From Ekhidna sp. (GTDB lineage Bacteria > Bacteroidota > Bacteroidia > Cytophagales > Cyclobacteriaceae), in assembly GCA_039940915.1 (NCBI GenBank), contig JBDVFO010000002.1: 64,000 nt of DNA; one strand, written 5' to 3'. Under the pieces are notes generated by a model, which was not told the origin of the DNA, did not search any database, and saw only the letters and a list, made by a program, of their open reading frames with translations. Positions 1 through 10,100 of this stretch are shown here, in pieces (within the stretch, counting starts at the first letter, position 1; every line of letters starts with the position of its first letter). A program made the translations under genes and the position numbers.

Positions 1-2
1 TG

Positions 3-164
3 AATGGGGTGACCTACAACCAGATGATGCCGGGCAATCCCATTACCAATCTCGAGATCGCTGAAGTACTGACATTCATTGGGAATGCCTGGGGCAATGA
101 AGCAGGTCTTGTTGGCGTAAAAGATGTGGACAAATGGATTGATGCCTGTGAGGAAGGGTATTGA
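3..164 (+). CDS. c-type cytochrome, C-terminal fragment (gene begins left of the window)
   Basis: Hand translation gives NGVTYNQMMPGNPITNLEIAEVLTFIGNAWGNEAG...Y-stop (TGA 162-164). This resembles the YNxxMP...EIAxVLTYIxNxWGN tail of small class I cytochromes c. The CxxCH motif is not in the window. Confidence 0.7.
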   Translation, partial: NGVTYNQMMPGNPITNLEIAEVLTFIGNAWGNEAGLVGVKDVDKWIDACEEGY

Positions 165-185
165 TTTGCAGAATTCTATCTCAAT

Positions 186-626
186 TTAGTATTGCTCCAA
201 AGTCTCTTTGGCAGCAGCTAACGATCCGTTCATGTCTTCCTTCACTTGCTGGATGGATTTTTTTTGACCTTCCAAGTATTCTTTGATTTCGTCATCTGTG
301 CCGTCAAACTCAGAATCATACTGATGCATCCAATTCATCATGCCTTCATTGGCAGCTGCCAGGTCAGTTGCTAACCTGCTAAACATTTTTGCGTTCGTGC
401 TATCTGCCTCCATCAAGGAATCTGCTAACACCTCTAACTCCATCCGTGTTTTTCTTAACTCCCCTATTTTAGGCATCACTTCATCATGAATGGCTAGCAC
501 TTGACTTTTCAAGCTATCTAGCGAAATTTCTTCTGGAGCAGAACTACTATTGGTCGCATTTTCTGGTTTTCTCCCACAAGAAAAAATCAGACTAGCAGTA
601 AAAAGGATAAGGGTTAGGTATTTCAT
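186..626 (-). CDS. Helical lipoprotein of unknown function
   Basis: Lipobox LIFS-C, then predicted amphipathic helices with HDEVMP and MMNWM motifs. Last gene of the minus-strand cluster. Confidence 0.75.
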   Translation of the reverse strand: MKYLTLILFTASLIFSCGRKPENATNSSSAPEEISLDSLKSQVLAIHDEVMPKIGELRKTRMELEVLADSLMEADSTNAKMFSRLATDLAAANEGMMNWMHQYDSEFDGTDDEIKEYLEGQKKSIQQVKEDMNGSLAAAKETLEQY

Positions 627-629
627 CGT

Positions 630-1067
630 TTAGTCAATTTTTACTTCTGCATCTTTCAAGATATACATCAGTTGGTCGTAATCAGTATCGTTTAGCTCTA
701 GTCTGCCTGTGACCGTAACAGGCTTGGCTGTGTACTTCACTTCGTCTTTTAAATAGGCCTCAGCAACGGTCTCTGGTCCACTCCCTCCACAGAAAAAACA
801 TGCGGCAATGGGCAAGGATGATAAAATGATGTGCTTTGGCTCAAACATCCCCTCAAATGGAATAATGAATCCTTTCAGTGAAATCATCTTTCCATTCATC
901 TTTTGAACATCATCTCCAAACTTCGGGACATAGATTTCCCCGTACTCATCTTGCGATTTTTCGTACTTCACATCAGCCATTGTTTCCCAATTTTTGCTGG
1001 AATCTGTGAATTGCGCAGATACTCCAAATGATAACAAGAGTACAAAGAGAAGAAGTGTATTTTTCAT
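630..1067 (-). CDS. DUF3299-family (ZrgD-like) exported protein
   Basis: Signal peptide ending VSA-Q, with GFIIP and ACFFCGGSGPETV (CxxC) motifs. Lies next to an ABC ATPase and permease. Confidence 0.75.
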   Translation of the reverse strand: MKNTLLLFVLLLSFGVSAQFTDSSKNWETMADVKYEKSQDEYGEIYVPKFGDDVQKMNGKMISLKGFIIPFEGMFEPKHIILSSLPIAACFFCGGSGPETVAEAYLKDEVKYTAKPVTVTGRLELNDTDYDQLMYILKDAEVKID

Positions 1068-1152
1068 TTAGTTTAAATTTTACCCATAAAGCCAGTTGGT
1101 GCAAAAAATCATTGACATCCTCATCCCAATAATTAATTGACCATTCATGGTC

Positions 1153-2397
1153 TTATGCTTTTGAAAGCGTTTCCGAGATATCTGCCTTATACGCAAGAAA
1201 TGCCGGAATGATTGAAGCAAAAATACCTACTCCTAAACTTCCAAGCACCACATAGTACTCGTCACTCACAAAAAACATTCCACTTGTCTGAATTTGTTCC
1301 ATCGAGCTTACTAAAACACCAAAACCTACATGCGCCAATCCAAAACCACACAAGCTTCCGATAATCGTCAGTACAATACCTTCGGTTAGAATCAGCATAA
1401 AAATTTTACCCTGACTGGCCCCCATCGATCGCATGATGGCCAGCTCATATCTTCGCTCCTTCAAAGAGTTGATCAAAGCAATGAATACACTGGTGGCACT
1501 CAAAACAATAATTACCAAACCCAAAACATTCACCACATCTACACCCACGCCTATGATGTTGAACAGCCGTGCGGTCTCGTAAGGAGGTGAGGCGGCCTGG
1601 AGGTTGCTGGTCCCGTTGACGATTCGTGGAAGCTGAACTGCTGCCATTGGTGACCGATACTTGACAAGCAAGGAGGTAATGTCTTCATTCTCCATCTGTT
1701 CTTTGGTCACTGCAATGCCTAACCGTTCCAAATCAATCGTCTCATGCATGTCATTACCTTCCTCATGATCGTGCGTTTCATGACCCGCATGCACTTCCCA
1801 TACACTTTGAATAGAAACCAAAATAAGTTGGTCCATCACCGAGCCTGATTGCTCCATGATTCCTACCACCTTAAATGGATGCTCTTCATGACCACCAGCT
1901 CCCTCTGCAAGTCCATGAGCACTTTCGAGCTCATCACCAATGGAAATCCCTAAACTCTTGGCAATGGCTGATCCGACAGTAGCAGTCATTTCATTGCCAA
2001 ACCATTCACCTTCTTTCAGTTTTGCTCCGTACAATGCCGGATAAGCAGGCGAGGTTCCTACGATTCGATAACCCTGGTAACTGTCTCCAAGGGACAATGG
2101 AATAGCTGACTTCACTAACCTGTTTCGGGTAAGGTTATTGGCATCTTTAAGCGAAATATTTCCCGTAGGGAAGTCTATGTGAAAAATACAGGCCAAAATG
2201 ATCTGAAGGGGGCTTCCTTTGGCTCCAACTACCAGATCAATGCCCTGGGCATTCTTATTGATTTCATTTTTAAGGAAGGTGCTCGTAAGCAAGATGGAAA
2301 CAATTATGGCTACCCCAAATCCGAACAACAAGACACTCAAGAGCGAACTTAAGGGCTTGGCAAATACATTTTTTATGCTGAGTGAAAATAGATTCAT
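1153..2397 (-). CDS. FtsX/MacB-type ABC permease with His-rich periplasmic loop (ZrgC-like)
   Basis: DLVVGAKGSPLQ motif, FtsX-type ERRYELAIMRSMGAS, and His-rich segments GGHEEH and HAGHETHDHEE. Confidence 0.85.
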   Translation of the reverse strand: MNLFSLSIKNVFAKPLSSLLSVLLFGFGVAIIVSILLTSTFLKNEINKNAQGIDLVVGAKGSPLQIILACIFHIDFPTGNISLKDANNLTRNRLVKSAIPLSLGDSYQGYRIVGTSPAYPALYGAKLKEGEWFGNEMTATVGSAIAKSLGISIGDELESAHGLAEGAGGHEEHPFKVVGIMEQSGSVMDQLILVSIQSVWEVHAGHETHDHEEGNDMHETIDLERLGIAVTKEQMENEDITSLLVKYRSPMAAVQLPRIVNGTSNLQAASPPYETARLFNIIGVGVDVVNVLGLVIIVLSATSVFIALINSLKERRYELAIMRSMGASQGKIFMLILTEGIVLTIIGSLCGFGLAHVGFGVLVSSMEQIQTSGMFFVSDEYYVVLGSLGVGIFASIIPAFLAYKADISETLSKA

Positions 2398-3020
2398 AGG
2401 GATAATTGATTTTTGAATTCACTTTTCACACGCTGATCATGTGTCGCTACGATGAGCGTTGCACCGGTTTCTTCCGCCTGAGACTTCAGGAGATCTATCA
2501 CTTTTTTACAATTTTCGTCATCCAAACTGGCAGTCGGCTCATCAGCTAAAAGCAGCTTTGGTGAATTAATCACCGCTCTGGCAATAGATACGCGCTGCGC
2601 CTGCCCTTGACTAATTTGATGAATTTTCCGGTTAGCTAACTCTTTAATTCCAAGTCGCGACAACACTTCGTCTAATCGTCTGCCATCCGTCTTCTTTCGC
2701 CCTAAGTATTGTGACAAACTCAAGTTCTCTTTTACGGAAAGTGATCGAATTAAATGAGGTCTTTGAAAAACGATCCCAATATTTTCACCACGAAAACGAT
2801 CCAATTTCACGTCACTTTTTGATCCTAAGTTTTCTCCCGCCACTTCGAGCGTTCCCTCTTTCGGCGACATTAATCCGCCGATCAGATGGAGTAAAGTGGT
2901 CTTTCCACATCCTGAATTGCCAAGAATGACCGCATGATTTCCTTCTTCTACCTTCCAGTCCGGATAGCTAATCTGAGCGTCTCCATCATAAGAATGTTTT
3001 AGTTTTTCTATTCGTAGCAT
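2394..3020 (-). CDS. ABC transporter ATP-binding protein (LolD/MacB-like; ZrgB-like)
   Basis: Walker A GNSGCGKT, signature variant ISQGQ, Walker B LLLADEPT, H-loop ATHD. Overlaps the permease by 4 bp. Confidence 0.92.
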   Translation of the reverse strand: MLRIEKLKHSYDGDAQISYPDWKVEEGNHAVILGNSGCGKTTLLHLIGGLMSPKEGTLEVAGENLGSKSDVKLDRFRGENIGIVFQRPHLIRSLSVKENLSLSQYLGRKKTDGRRLDEVLSRLGIKELANRKIHQISQGQAQRVSIARAVINSPKLLLADEPTASLDDENCKKVIDLLKSQAEETGATLIVATHDQRVKSEFKNQLSL

Positions 3021-3544
3021 TAAACTCCAAGTTGCTTTTTGATTCTATTGATTTGATGTACGTGATGAATTTGATGGTAAACAAACGAATCAACTGCTCG
3101 ATCCAAATTTTGCCTTCCACCCATCGGATGTTTATACACTAGTTTATTGAGCCATTCTTCTGGAAAATCATCAACAAATGCTTCTATAGAAGCCCTTGTC
3201 TCAGCCCATTTTGATTTTATTTCTTCAAATGAATAACTGGCGGGTTTTGAAACATACGATGGAGCTTTCCACTTCAGTGAGCTTTTGAGTACTCCGTTAC
3301 ATAGCCACATTCTCAAAGCATTTGTAGCACCTGAATTTTTCATTCCCTCGCCTGCTTGCATTTTTTTTTGCATGTATTTGAGAGAGGCTTTTTCTGCTGA
3401 ATTTAAGTGCGAAAGAACTTGTATTATGCTCCAGCCGTAAGCTGTATCACTTAGTTTTTCAACGGGAATCTCCTCCAGAGAAGCGTATATATTAGCAGTG
3501 TCTGCGTTCAGCCTTTTAAGCTTCTCATGTATTGCCTTTTTCAC
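3020..3544 (-). CDS. DinB-family protein
   Basis: WSIIQVLSHL...HP.GG...HQIHHVHQI pattern with the DinB histidine triad. GTG start. Confidence 0.8.
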   Translation of the reverse strand: MKKAIHEKLKRLNADTANIYASLEEIPVEKLSDTAYGWSIIQVLSHLNSAEKASLKYMQKKMQAGEGMKNSGATNALRMWLCNGVLKSSLKWKAPSYVSKPASYSFEEIKSKWAETRASIEAFVDDFPEEWLNKLVYKHPMGGRQNLDRAVDSFVYHQIHHVHQINRIKKQLGV

Positions 3545-3556
3545 TTATATCAATTT

Positions 3557-3588
3557 TTTGCTATAAAATATAAAAAAAGTTATCTTCG
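3557..3588 (+). promoter_or_regulatory. Bacteroidota housekeeping promoter (-33 TTTG, -7 TATCTTCG)
   Basis: TTTG at 3557-3560, a 20-nt spacer, then TATCTTCG at 3581-3588 (one mismatch to TAnnTTTG). Confidence 0.6.
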
Positions 3589-3590
3589 TT

Positions 3591-3714
3591 CCTGTAAATC
3601 AGCCTTTTATAAAGGTATAACCACCACCAGGACTCGTAAAAATGGGTCTGGCGCCTAATGAAGTGCCAAATTAAAGTATTTGAAAAACTAGCTTGATGAA
3701 TTCAAGCAACAGAT
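3591..3714 (+). ncRNA. Structured ncRNA candidate, 6S RNA-like
   Basis: Begins just after the promoter above. Manual pairing gives CTGT/ACAG and ATCAGC/GCTTGAT closing stems, a large central bubble, and a terminal stem CACCAGGACTC/GGGTCTGGCG. Confidence 0.4.
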
Positions 3715-3813
3715 CAATTACTAAAAAATATACTCTCAAACGCTTGTATAATTATTCGTACTGTTAGTTTTAAAATTAATATTGCGTAAAATCACCCTTT
3801 AAATTACACGGAA

Positions 3814-5058
3814 GTGAGTATTCTAGATATCATAGCCTTGTTTATCTTTCTTTCAGGAGCGTTTATTTTCATAAACACCTTCTACCTGAAGTTGCCGTCG
3901 TCCATTGGTTTGATGATTATGGCACTCGTGCTATCATTTTTTGTGTTAATTATCGGAAACGTCTTTCCAGAGCTGCATTTGGCTGAGCACGTAAAAGAAT
4001 ATGAATTCGAAGAAGTGCTCTATCAGATTGTATTGAGCTTCATGCTCTTCTCAGGGGCTTTGAATATAGATTTTAGAAAATTAAGTAGTCAGCGTAGTTC
4101 TGTGCTTGTACTCGCAATTGTAGGGGTGCTAATCTCCACGCTAGTGATTGGAACGGGGGTTTATTACATGCTCAATTTCATGGGCATTCACCTTGAATTT
4201 TTGTATTGCCTGGTGTTTGGAGCCTTGATTTCTCCGACTGACCCAATTGCCGTTACCAAAACAATCAAGCGATTCAACCTGTCCAAAGAGCTGGAAATTA
4301 AAATTTCCGGTGAATCACTCTTCAACGATGGCGTAGCTGTAGTTCTAGCATTAACATTATTAGATATTGCTCATGCAGGCGAAGATCATACGCTTTCTTT
4401 TTTCGAAACCATATACATCGTGGTGGCTGATATTGGTGGTGGTATTTTCATCGGTCTGTTGCTTGGCTACATTGGCTACCGACTATTAAAATATGTAGAC
4501 AATGATGCGGTTGAGGTTGAAGTTTTAATCACTTTGGCTTTGGTTCTGGTTGGTTCTCAGCTGGCAGACTTCATTCACGTATCTGCCAAACAAGCCGCTG
4601 TTGTAATGGGATTAGTTGTTGGTAATGAAGGAAAAAGTACCCATGTCGCTGGAGCAGCCGGGGATTACGTCTTTAAGTTCTGGAAACTACTCGAAGAAAC
4701 ATTTAGTGCCATGCTTTTCGTGTTGATTGGTCTTGAGATGCTTGTCCTGGATTTACGAATGGATTTCATTGCTGCAGGATTCTTTGCGGTTTGTATCGTG
4801 CTCTTCGGAAGATGGATGAGTGTATTTATTCCAATTAAAATGATGTCGGTCAAAAATCATTTTGCCCCAAACACCATATCTGTGCTTACATGGGGTGCTT
4901 TGAGGGGAGGTTTACCCATCGCCTTGTCGCTTTCCCTGACAAACTTTAATGGAAAGGATGTCATTGTTACAATGACGTACATTGTGGTGGTTTGCTCCGT
5001 CCTCTATCAAGGACTGACGGTACCTACCCTGATGCGATCGACTTCTTCAGATTCCTAA
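3814..5058 (+). CDS. Na+/H+ antiporter, CPA1 (NhaP) family
   Basis: About 12 hydrophobic segments, with PTDPIAV, GESLFNDG and WGALRGGLPIALSL motifs. Confidence 0.9.
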   Translation: MSILDIIALFIFLSGAFIFINTFYLKLPSSIGLMIMALVLSFFVLIIGNVFPELHLAEHVKEYEFEEVLYQIVLSFMLFSGALNIDFRKLSSQRSSVLVLAIVGVLISTLVIGTGVYYMLNFMGIHLEFLYCLVFGALISPTDPIAVTKTIKRFNLSKELEIKISGESLFNDGVAVVLALTLLDIAHAGEDHTLSFFETIYIVVADIGGGIFIGLLLGYIGYRLLKYVDNDAVEVEVLITLALVLVGSQLADFIHVSAKQAAVVMGLVVGNEGKSTHVAGAAGDYVFKFWKLLEETFSAMLFVLIGLEMLVLDLRMDFIAAGFFAVCIVLFGRWMSVFIPIKMMSVKNHFAPNTISVLTWGALRGGLPIALSLSLTNFNGKDVIVTMTYIVVVCSVLYQGLTVPTLMRSTSSDS

Positions 5059-5104
5059 CATAATTATAACACTCATTTTAAGGGTATCTTGCTAAATTTA
5101 TGGC

Positions 5105-6169
5105 ATGATCAGACTCAGCTATGTGTTTCTCACTATACTATTGATCACCTCTTGTGGTGAAGGTAAGGAAGAAACGAAAAGACCCTCTTCACCTCGAATC
5201 AGAAAGCAATCCAGCATTGTGAGTCCAACGCAAAATCAAAACTTTGTTCGGGGAACCTCCATATCCATCGAAGTGAAGTCTTCCGAAGAATTTGAGATTG
5301 ATTCCGTACAACTTACCATTGGAGATCAGGTTAATACCTATTTTGAATCAGCATTCGAGGCGACGATTGCTTCGAGACAGGTTGGGACCTGGCGTTTACT
5401 TTTGAAGGTCTTCAGTGGAAAAAGCTCGGAAACACATTATAGAAATGTAATCGTACTACCAGAAAATGAACCAGTGGCTTACACCTATACCATTGAAAAC
5501 ACCTTTCCACATAGCACAGAAGACTACACACAGGGTTTGCTTGTAAAAGATGGATCCCTGTATGAAAGTACCGGACAGCGAGGAGAATCCACTTTTAAAA
5601 AGAAAAATCTGACTACTGGAGAAACCGAAAAAGTGGTGAACCTATCTTCCGATCTTTTTGGTGAAGGATTAGCCTTGCTAGACAATGAGTTTTACCAGCT
5701 TACCTGGACTTCCGGTCAAGGATTTGTCTATAATGATCAAATGGAGCAAATACGTACATTCAATTACCAAGTGCAAGGATGGGGTCTTACCACTTTAAAT
5801 GAGGAGCTTGTGCTTACTGACGAGACGGAGAAGCTTTACTTTTTAGACCCTTCAAGTTTTACCATCAGGAAAAAGATTGAAGTCTATGACAATGAGGGAA
5901 AGGTAGATGCGCTGAATGAATTAGAAGTAATTGATGGCCTGCTCTACGCCAATGTCTACCTGAAAGACTATATCGTGGTGATCGATCCTGAGACTGGCGA
6001 AGTTCTTAGAAAAATTGACTGCTCAGGCTTGCTTACAGATGATGAAGCCAAAAACGCAGATGTGCTCAATGGCATTGCTTATGATCAAAAATCCGGGGCT
6101 ATTTTTATCACTGGAAAATGGTGGCCAAAACTATTTGAAGTAACTTTTCAACCAAAAACTTTACAATAA
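5105..6169 (+). CDS. Glutaminyl-peptide cyclotransferase (plant/bacterial beta-propeller type), lipoprotein
   Basis: Lipobox ITS-C, with YTQGL, ESTG, FGEGL, QLTW, LNELE and VLNGIAYD motifs. Confidence 0.9.
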   Translation: MIRLSYVFLTILLITSCGEGKEETKRPSSPRIRKQSSIVSPTQNQNFVRGTSISIEVKSSEEFEIDSVQLTIGDQVNTYFESAFEATIASRQVGTWRLLLKVFSGKSSETHYRNVIVLPENEPVAYTYTIENTFPHSTEDYTQGLLVKDGSLYESTGQRGESTFKKKNLTTGETEKVVNLSSDLFGEGLALLDNEFYQLTWTSGQGFVYNDQMEQIRTFNYQVQGWGLTTLNEELVLTDETEKLYFLDPSSFTIRKKIEVYDNEGKVDALNELEVIDGLLYANVYLKDYIVVIDPETGEVLRKIDCSGLLTDDEAKNADVLNGIAYDQKSGAIFITGKWWPKLFEVTFQPKTLQ

Positions 6170-6465
6170 TGACATTAGAAGAAATCACAGGAAAAATCCA
6201 AAAACTAGCGGACAGACATAGTGGGCAATTTGCAGGCAAAGCAAACTTCAAATTTGATGAGGGAGTGGTGCATCTGGACGATACAGTTTCTCCTACTGTG
6301 GTTGTAAACGAAGAAAGAGAAGCTCCATTTGCCATCAAAATGACAGCTGACAATTTCAATCAAATCTTGACAGGCGATCTAAATGTAATGATGGCGTTTA
6401 TGTCAGGGAAATTGAAGATCGAAGGGGATAAAGGTGCAGCTATGAAATTGACGGCTCTTTTTTAA
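6169..6465 (+). CDS. SCP2 sterol/lipid-binding domain protein
   Basis: C-terminal LNVMMAFMSGKLKIEGD..AMKL, typical of SCP2. Confidence 0.88.
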   Translation: MTLEEITGKIQKLADRHSGQFAGKANFKFDEGVVHLDDTVSPTVVVNEEREAPFAIKMTADNFNQILTGDLNVMMAFMSGKLKIEGDKGAAMKLTALF

Positions 6466-7163
6466 CTAGCCTCTTCATCGATTTCTACCTCTAAATTCAT
6501 TTCTTCCAAGTCTTCATCGGGGGTATTTACTTTTTGATTGCTCTCTCCGTGTAGAAATTTTTCAAATCCCATATAAAAGGTAATGGCTGTAAAAATTCCT
6601 ATCAGCGAGCCTGCCATAATATCTATCAAGAAGTGCTGCACCAAATAGACCCTCGATATAGCTGTAAGAACCGCGGCGACAAGGAGTATCATTGAATAGT
6701 TACTGTGCTGCATCATGAGAGCAATGAATGTTGCCAATGCAAAAACAGCCATTGAGTGTCCAGAAGGAAAGGAATATTGGCTCAAAATAGAAACTCCATC
6801 TACAAAATCAAGTACTTCATATCCTCTGAAATAAATAATGGGTCGTTGTGCTTCCGGAAACAAAACATGTTTGAAGAAAAGTGAGATGGCCGCAACGCTT
6901 ATACCTATCGCAGCTAGCACAATGCCAAATCTTCGTTTCCAAAAAATTAATCCAACAGTAATAATTGTGAAAAATATCACATCCCCAGTATGTGTCCAGT
7001 ATTTAAAAAAGAAATTCCAGATAGGATTATGTAGGCTATTTAGCCATAACACAAATTTTCCATGACTTTGATAGAAGAAAAAAGTCATCGCTAGTGTAAA
7101 CAGGCATAAATAGGGTATAAAGAAAAGTCGGGTATTTCTAAGTCGATCAATCATGCTGATCAA
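6462..7163 (-). CDS. PAP2-family membrane phosphatase
   Basis: K...RP (KHVLFPEAQRP), SFPSGHS and SRVYLVQHF..D motifs. Confidence 0.9.
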   Translation of the reverse strand: MISMIDRLRNTRLFFIPYLCLFTLAMTFFFYQSHGKFVLWLNSLHNPIWNFFFKYWTHTGDVIFFTIITVGLIFWKRRFGIVLAAIGISVAAISLFFKHVLFPEAQRPIIYFRGYEVLDFVDGVSILSQYSFPSGHSMAVFALATFIALMMQHSNYSMILLVAAVLTAISRVYLVQHFLIDIMAGSLIGIFTAITFYMGFEKFLHGESNQKVNTPDEDLEEMNLEVEIDEEAS

Positions 7164-10100
7164 CGTAAGATATAGAGTTTACCGAATCCATTCTTGAACG
7201 CGCGATCTGCGCTGGTTGATTTTTGCACCATTGCACTCCCGTTGGAGTTCACGAACACTTTATAGAAGTAAACGCCATTGGCTAATTGATCCCCAAACTC
7301 ATCTCGACCATCCCAAGCATAGTTGGATATGTTGTTTCCTATCCGAATTGGCCCCAATTCATCTTGTGTGATTTCTCGCACAACCCTTCCTGATACGGTC
7401 AATATCTGAATTTTGATTTGATCAGGAATTTCACTTCCTGTTAGTGTAAAAACAAAGCGGCACCTCGTAGAAAAAGGATTAGGATAGGGATAAAAGTGAG
7501 TGATTGTAGATTCGCTTATTACTTCAAAAGTAATTTCAAAAGGCTCGGCTCCAGCGGCATTTCCTGCCTCATCTTCTGCCTGAACCTGGATCGCGTAAAT
7601 CCCATCAGTCAAAGGTCCTGGTTGATATTCTACCTGAAAGTCCTGACTTTCAGTAGCCAGCGAATAGGTAAGTCTTGGATCAGAAAAATTGATACGCTCA
7701 AACTGACTCCCCTCCCCTGGAAGCTTCAGTGAAAGATTGATACCCAAAGTGTCAGTCTTGGATACAAATGGATTGTCGTCTCTCATTTTCACTATGATAT
7801 TCGGATTTGGTGAAACGACATCCCCGTCCAGGATGTGGTATCCATCGAAAGTTACATCCAAAATAGGATTGGTCTCATCTGCCTGAACATTGATCACATT
7901 GGGGAGCGTCAGCCTGTTATTCGACTCATATATTTCATTTTCATCGGACAGCACCTCTACAATTAAGCTATTGTTTCCATCAAGGTTAAAAGATGGGAAT
8001 TCCACTGTGAAAACTGTGGTATCTCCAGCTATTGGGGGTGCTATTTTGAAGCTGGATTCTGAAATGGTTCCACTGTTTTGATTAATCATTGAAGCCATGA
8101 CGCTTAAGGAGTCAGAAAAATTAACACTGGAAATATTGTAAAAATAAAATTCTCTGGATATCTGATCTCCTTCTAGAACGGAGGTTACAGATTTGATTGC
8201 TGGCAGAATGATGCCCTCAGCAGGGTACTCATAGTTAACCTCCCAGAAGTTTAGCTGAGGAGGTGTTTGATCTGTTTCATCGTTGAACGAAAAAGAGAGT
8301 TCAATTTCAGGAAATAACAGCGGATCTACCGAAGCAATGTCTATGGTCTCTGATCTGGCTCTGGAAGCCAAAGTGGAAAGATTACCATCCTTATCTACTC
8401 CAAACACATCAATGGCAATGTTGTCATTAATTTCTTCCGTAACGCGATAGGAGAAATCATCCCAGCTCCTTGCTGGACCGATACGCCTACTTCTAAGCTC
8501 TCCACTCACAAAGCGTCCAATCACATCATCCTGAAAATCAATGCTTTGCTCCCTTACTGGGGTAGCTGAGCCATTGTTTACAATGGTAGTCGCAGCTCCA
8601 GGAGCATCCCCTTTTTTACCAAAAAACACCACTGGTTGTCCATCTGTCAATGCATTGATTGTCGTTGTACTCACTCCAAGCGAATTCAATGTAGCCCTAA
8701 CCTCGGCATCCCAGTTGGAATAATCAACATTCCCAATATTGAACATGACAATCAAATCACCATCCCGCATATTATCGACCATCTCCTGCAGTCTTCTTTC
8801 CGATCCAATCATATCCACTTCTCTAAATTGATAGATGCGCTGTGGTAATCTTCCGCAAACTTCCCTGTTAAATACATCTAAGTCTGTCGTTTGTATGGGA
8901 CGATAAGGATCTCCACTTTCTTTGTCAAAAGCTATTGCATTAAAGGTATTTGCCTCGCAGTTAGGATCGATGGTATTAGAGGTAACAAAAAAGTCCAATC
9001 CCCCAATAACAGCTCGCATGTCGCTTGCGGTAAATGTCGGATTATCTACTCCAAAAGTGAAGATATCAATAGGCGTCGCATTCGAAATAAACTCCCAGTT
9101 ATTAGTCAATTGATTGTACTGCACACCTGTAGTGATTTCCCTTTCCATTTGCTCCGGATCATACTGTCCCCAACCTTCGCCTATTGTGTTGATCAAGGTG
9201 AAAGAGCTGTTAACCCATTCATTGGTCTCATCTGGCTCAGGGTTTGTATATCTTGTACGCCAGTAGACAGTGGAAGAATCTGGCAAAGCGAGCGTTGTGA
9301 AATCAAATACTTGTGTTGCGATTACTTCGGCCGATACAGTAAACTCTCTGTTGTTTGACCCAGAAAAATCTGGTTCGGTATCTATTTCCAGCATATAGCT
9401 TCTTGCATCTTCCAGTAGATTGCTAGACTGCCACATAAACTCCACTTGCGGACTTGACAAGGTGCCATTATCAAGCGGGAATAAATTGACCGTGTTGCCG
9501 CTAAAAATGGATACTTCCAGTGTCGCAGAATTATTTGTTTCATCAAGTTCTGCTGTTACATTGGCTGGATCCAATATCACATTGAAAAGATTCAACCCAT
9601 CATTATTCTGAGTAGGATCAATCGGAATGTGGAAAGCTAACGTATCCTGTCTAAGAGGTCTTACAAACTCTCTGGTATACACCTCCTGTCCTCCATCTGG
9701 ATACGTCCTATTGATTTGAACAACCAACGAATCCGAAACGGTTCTTCCAAAATTCTTTACAACAACATCTATTAGAAAGGAATCTTGGCTAGCCAGGATT
9801 TGGTCAGCACCAATAGCCGAAGCACTAAGAAAACTCTCATCAATCTGATAATCCGGCAAGGTAGCTCCAAACACACGGTATGCTGGATCCCCTTGCAGCG
9901 TCATTTGATGCACCTGGGTCAGGTTAATATCACTTGTTCCAAATTGACTAATGTATCTTCTGGAAACTTCAAGCATCACATTTCCGATGGACTCATTGAT
10001 AAATGTTTCGTCCCCAAATCCTAATCCGTAAAACAGGTCACTCCACCGTTTAAGTGTGGTTGATAGTGCGACATCTGAATGCGCAATAAAACCAATAGCT

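Noticed and set aside
3590-3813. Possible nhaA-I (Na+/Li+) or fluoride riboswitch upstream of the Na+/H+ antiporter
   Set aside because: I could not find the conserved cores as I recall them (GGGUG...GGUCGGGCCGCC for nhaA-I; GGnGAUGGnGUUCnCC...GCUnAUGAC for fluoride). Only fragments such as CTAATGA match. The region is kept as a 6S-like candidate.
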